Assembly (NCBI GenBank): GCA_000320545.1
Contig: ADNK01000029.1
Location: forward strand, 62,001-126,000
Origin: Bigelowiella natans CCMP2755
Lineage: Eukaryota; Protista; Cercozoa
DNA: 64,000 nt
Direction: 5' to 3'
Positions 62,891 to 64,000 of this stretch are shown piece by piece. The number at the start of each line of letters is the position of its first letter. Position 1 is the first letter of the stretch. The translations under genes and the position numbers were made by a program. The notes beneath the pieces were generated by a model. That model saw only the letters and a program-made list of their open reading frames with translations, made no database searches and was not told the DNA's origin.

Positions 62891-63886
62891 CACAGACATA
62901 GCTCCACACAAAGAAAACACCACCTTCATGTGTGCACATGCCTATTGAGCTTCTGCTGTTTGATAATGATTCCAATGCGTCGCCCGTGTGAAATACAAAT
63001 TAGCATCTCATACGACCACTTCTTTAGGTGTACATCGCATCCCTCTCAGCGCACTCCGCAGGCTATGTCGCTGCAGCTTGGCATGTTGCAGAAGAGCGAG
63101 ACAGCAGCCTTAACGGCAGGAACAGTAGCGGTCACAGCAGCCGGAGAGAGGGCAAAGAAGAACAAAGGAAAAGGAGCAACCGTAAAGCTGGGACGAGTCT
63201 TCTTGGCTCAAATTCACTGCCAGGTACTTGGTTGCATGCCTGGTTCCCCCCCCTCCCCCCTCAACCCCCCTTTGTGCGCACTCTGATTCACATTAACATG
63301 CCAATGCTGTGATCATGAACGTTGCAGGCGTTGGCTCTCTGGTGTGCTGCACTGAGCGCCATCTTCATGTCTACAAGTGTGTGGAGGGGGAATGGCTGAG
63401 AACCCGCACCGCCTGCTTCCAGACTCTTGCCGCACACTCCTCCCCTCCGATTCTCTTCGTTCCCGGCACAGCTGAAGAACAGAGAGGGGGGGCTCAAGGA
63501 ACGGAGACGGCGAGGGACAATCGTGGCGGCGAAGGCACAAGCAGCAGCAGCAGCAGCAATACCCGGTGGTTGTTTCGCGTGTGTGAAGTGTGCACTGTTT
63601 CCTTCGGAGAAGAAGAAGGGAAAGCTGGAGGTGCTATTATGTGCGTACGCGGCGACAGAGAGGTGCGCATCTTCATGTGGCTTCCATCTCAGTACCAGGT
63701 AGTAGTAGTAGTAGTAGTAGTAGTAAGTAAGTGGAGGAGGAGGAGGAGGAGGAGGAGGAGGAGGAAGGGGTATTAGGAGTAGTAGAACTGTGACAACAGA
63801 CATATTATTCACGAATCATCCTTTGTTTCTCTGACCCTACATTATAATACTCAACCTTTCGGATGCGTGCGTCGTCTTTTTACTGT

Positions 63887-63920
<34 letters not shown>

Positions 63921-64000
63921 GCGTCGTGCTCAGGGAGCTACCGTGACAAAGTCGCGGTCCTCGCCTTTCTTCAAACAGCTGGGTAGGAGTGGTAGTAGAA
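59309..64000 (+). CDS. WD40-repeat protein, DmX/Rabconnectin-3/Rav1-like, 5' part (runs off window)
   Basis: Exonic motifs IRASPDGRHLA, VSVWD, LLHPAPVLSIQW/RP...ENAILTTCLDGDVRLWR resemble the DmX/Rav1 N-terminal propeller. Further WD-like ends LRFW, VSIW and VRIF. Confidence 0.65.

Overview
Intron-rich eukaryotic nuclear DNA with GT-AG introns of about 50-300 nt, often containing (TA)n, (TG)n or (CT)n microsatellites. A DUF3007-family gene with a signal-peptide-like plus transit-peptide-like leader suggests an alga with a secondary plastid, possibly a chlorarachniophyte (inference). About 11 protein genes were reconstructed by hand: an IQ-motif protein, a ~3,825-aa CH-CH/coiled-coil/PH-like/SEL1 protein, an ankyrin protein with a Cys-rich tail, an orphan multi-exon gene, a PDZ-like protein, a large HERC-like HECT E3 ligase, a membrane EF-hand protein, a long-tailed kinesin-14, an AVT1-type amino-acid transporter, DUF3007, and the 5' part of a DmX/Rav1-like WD40 gene. 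The most striking signal is non-coding. Four intergenic islands (about 2.3 kb in total) have almost no TpA: 19 by hand count, 17 of them inside CTAG. CpG is retained there, and neighbouring introns keep long (TA)n runs. Alignments between repeat copies in the window show TA versus CA/TG differences. This suggests a localized, RIP-like A:T to G:C mutator acting on TpA and sparing CTAG. All counts and splice models are manual.
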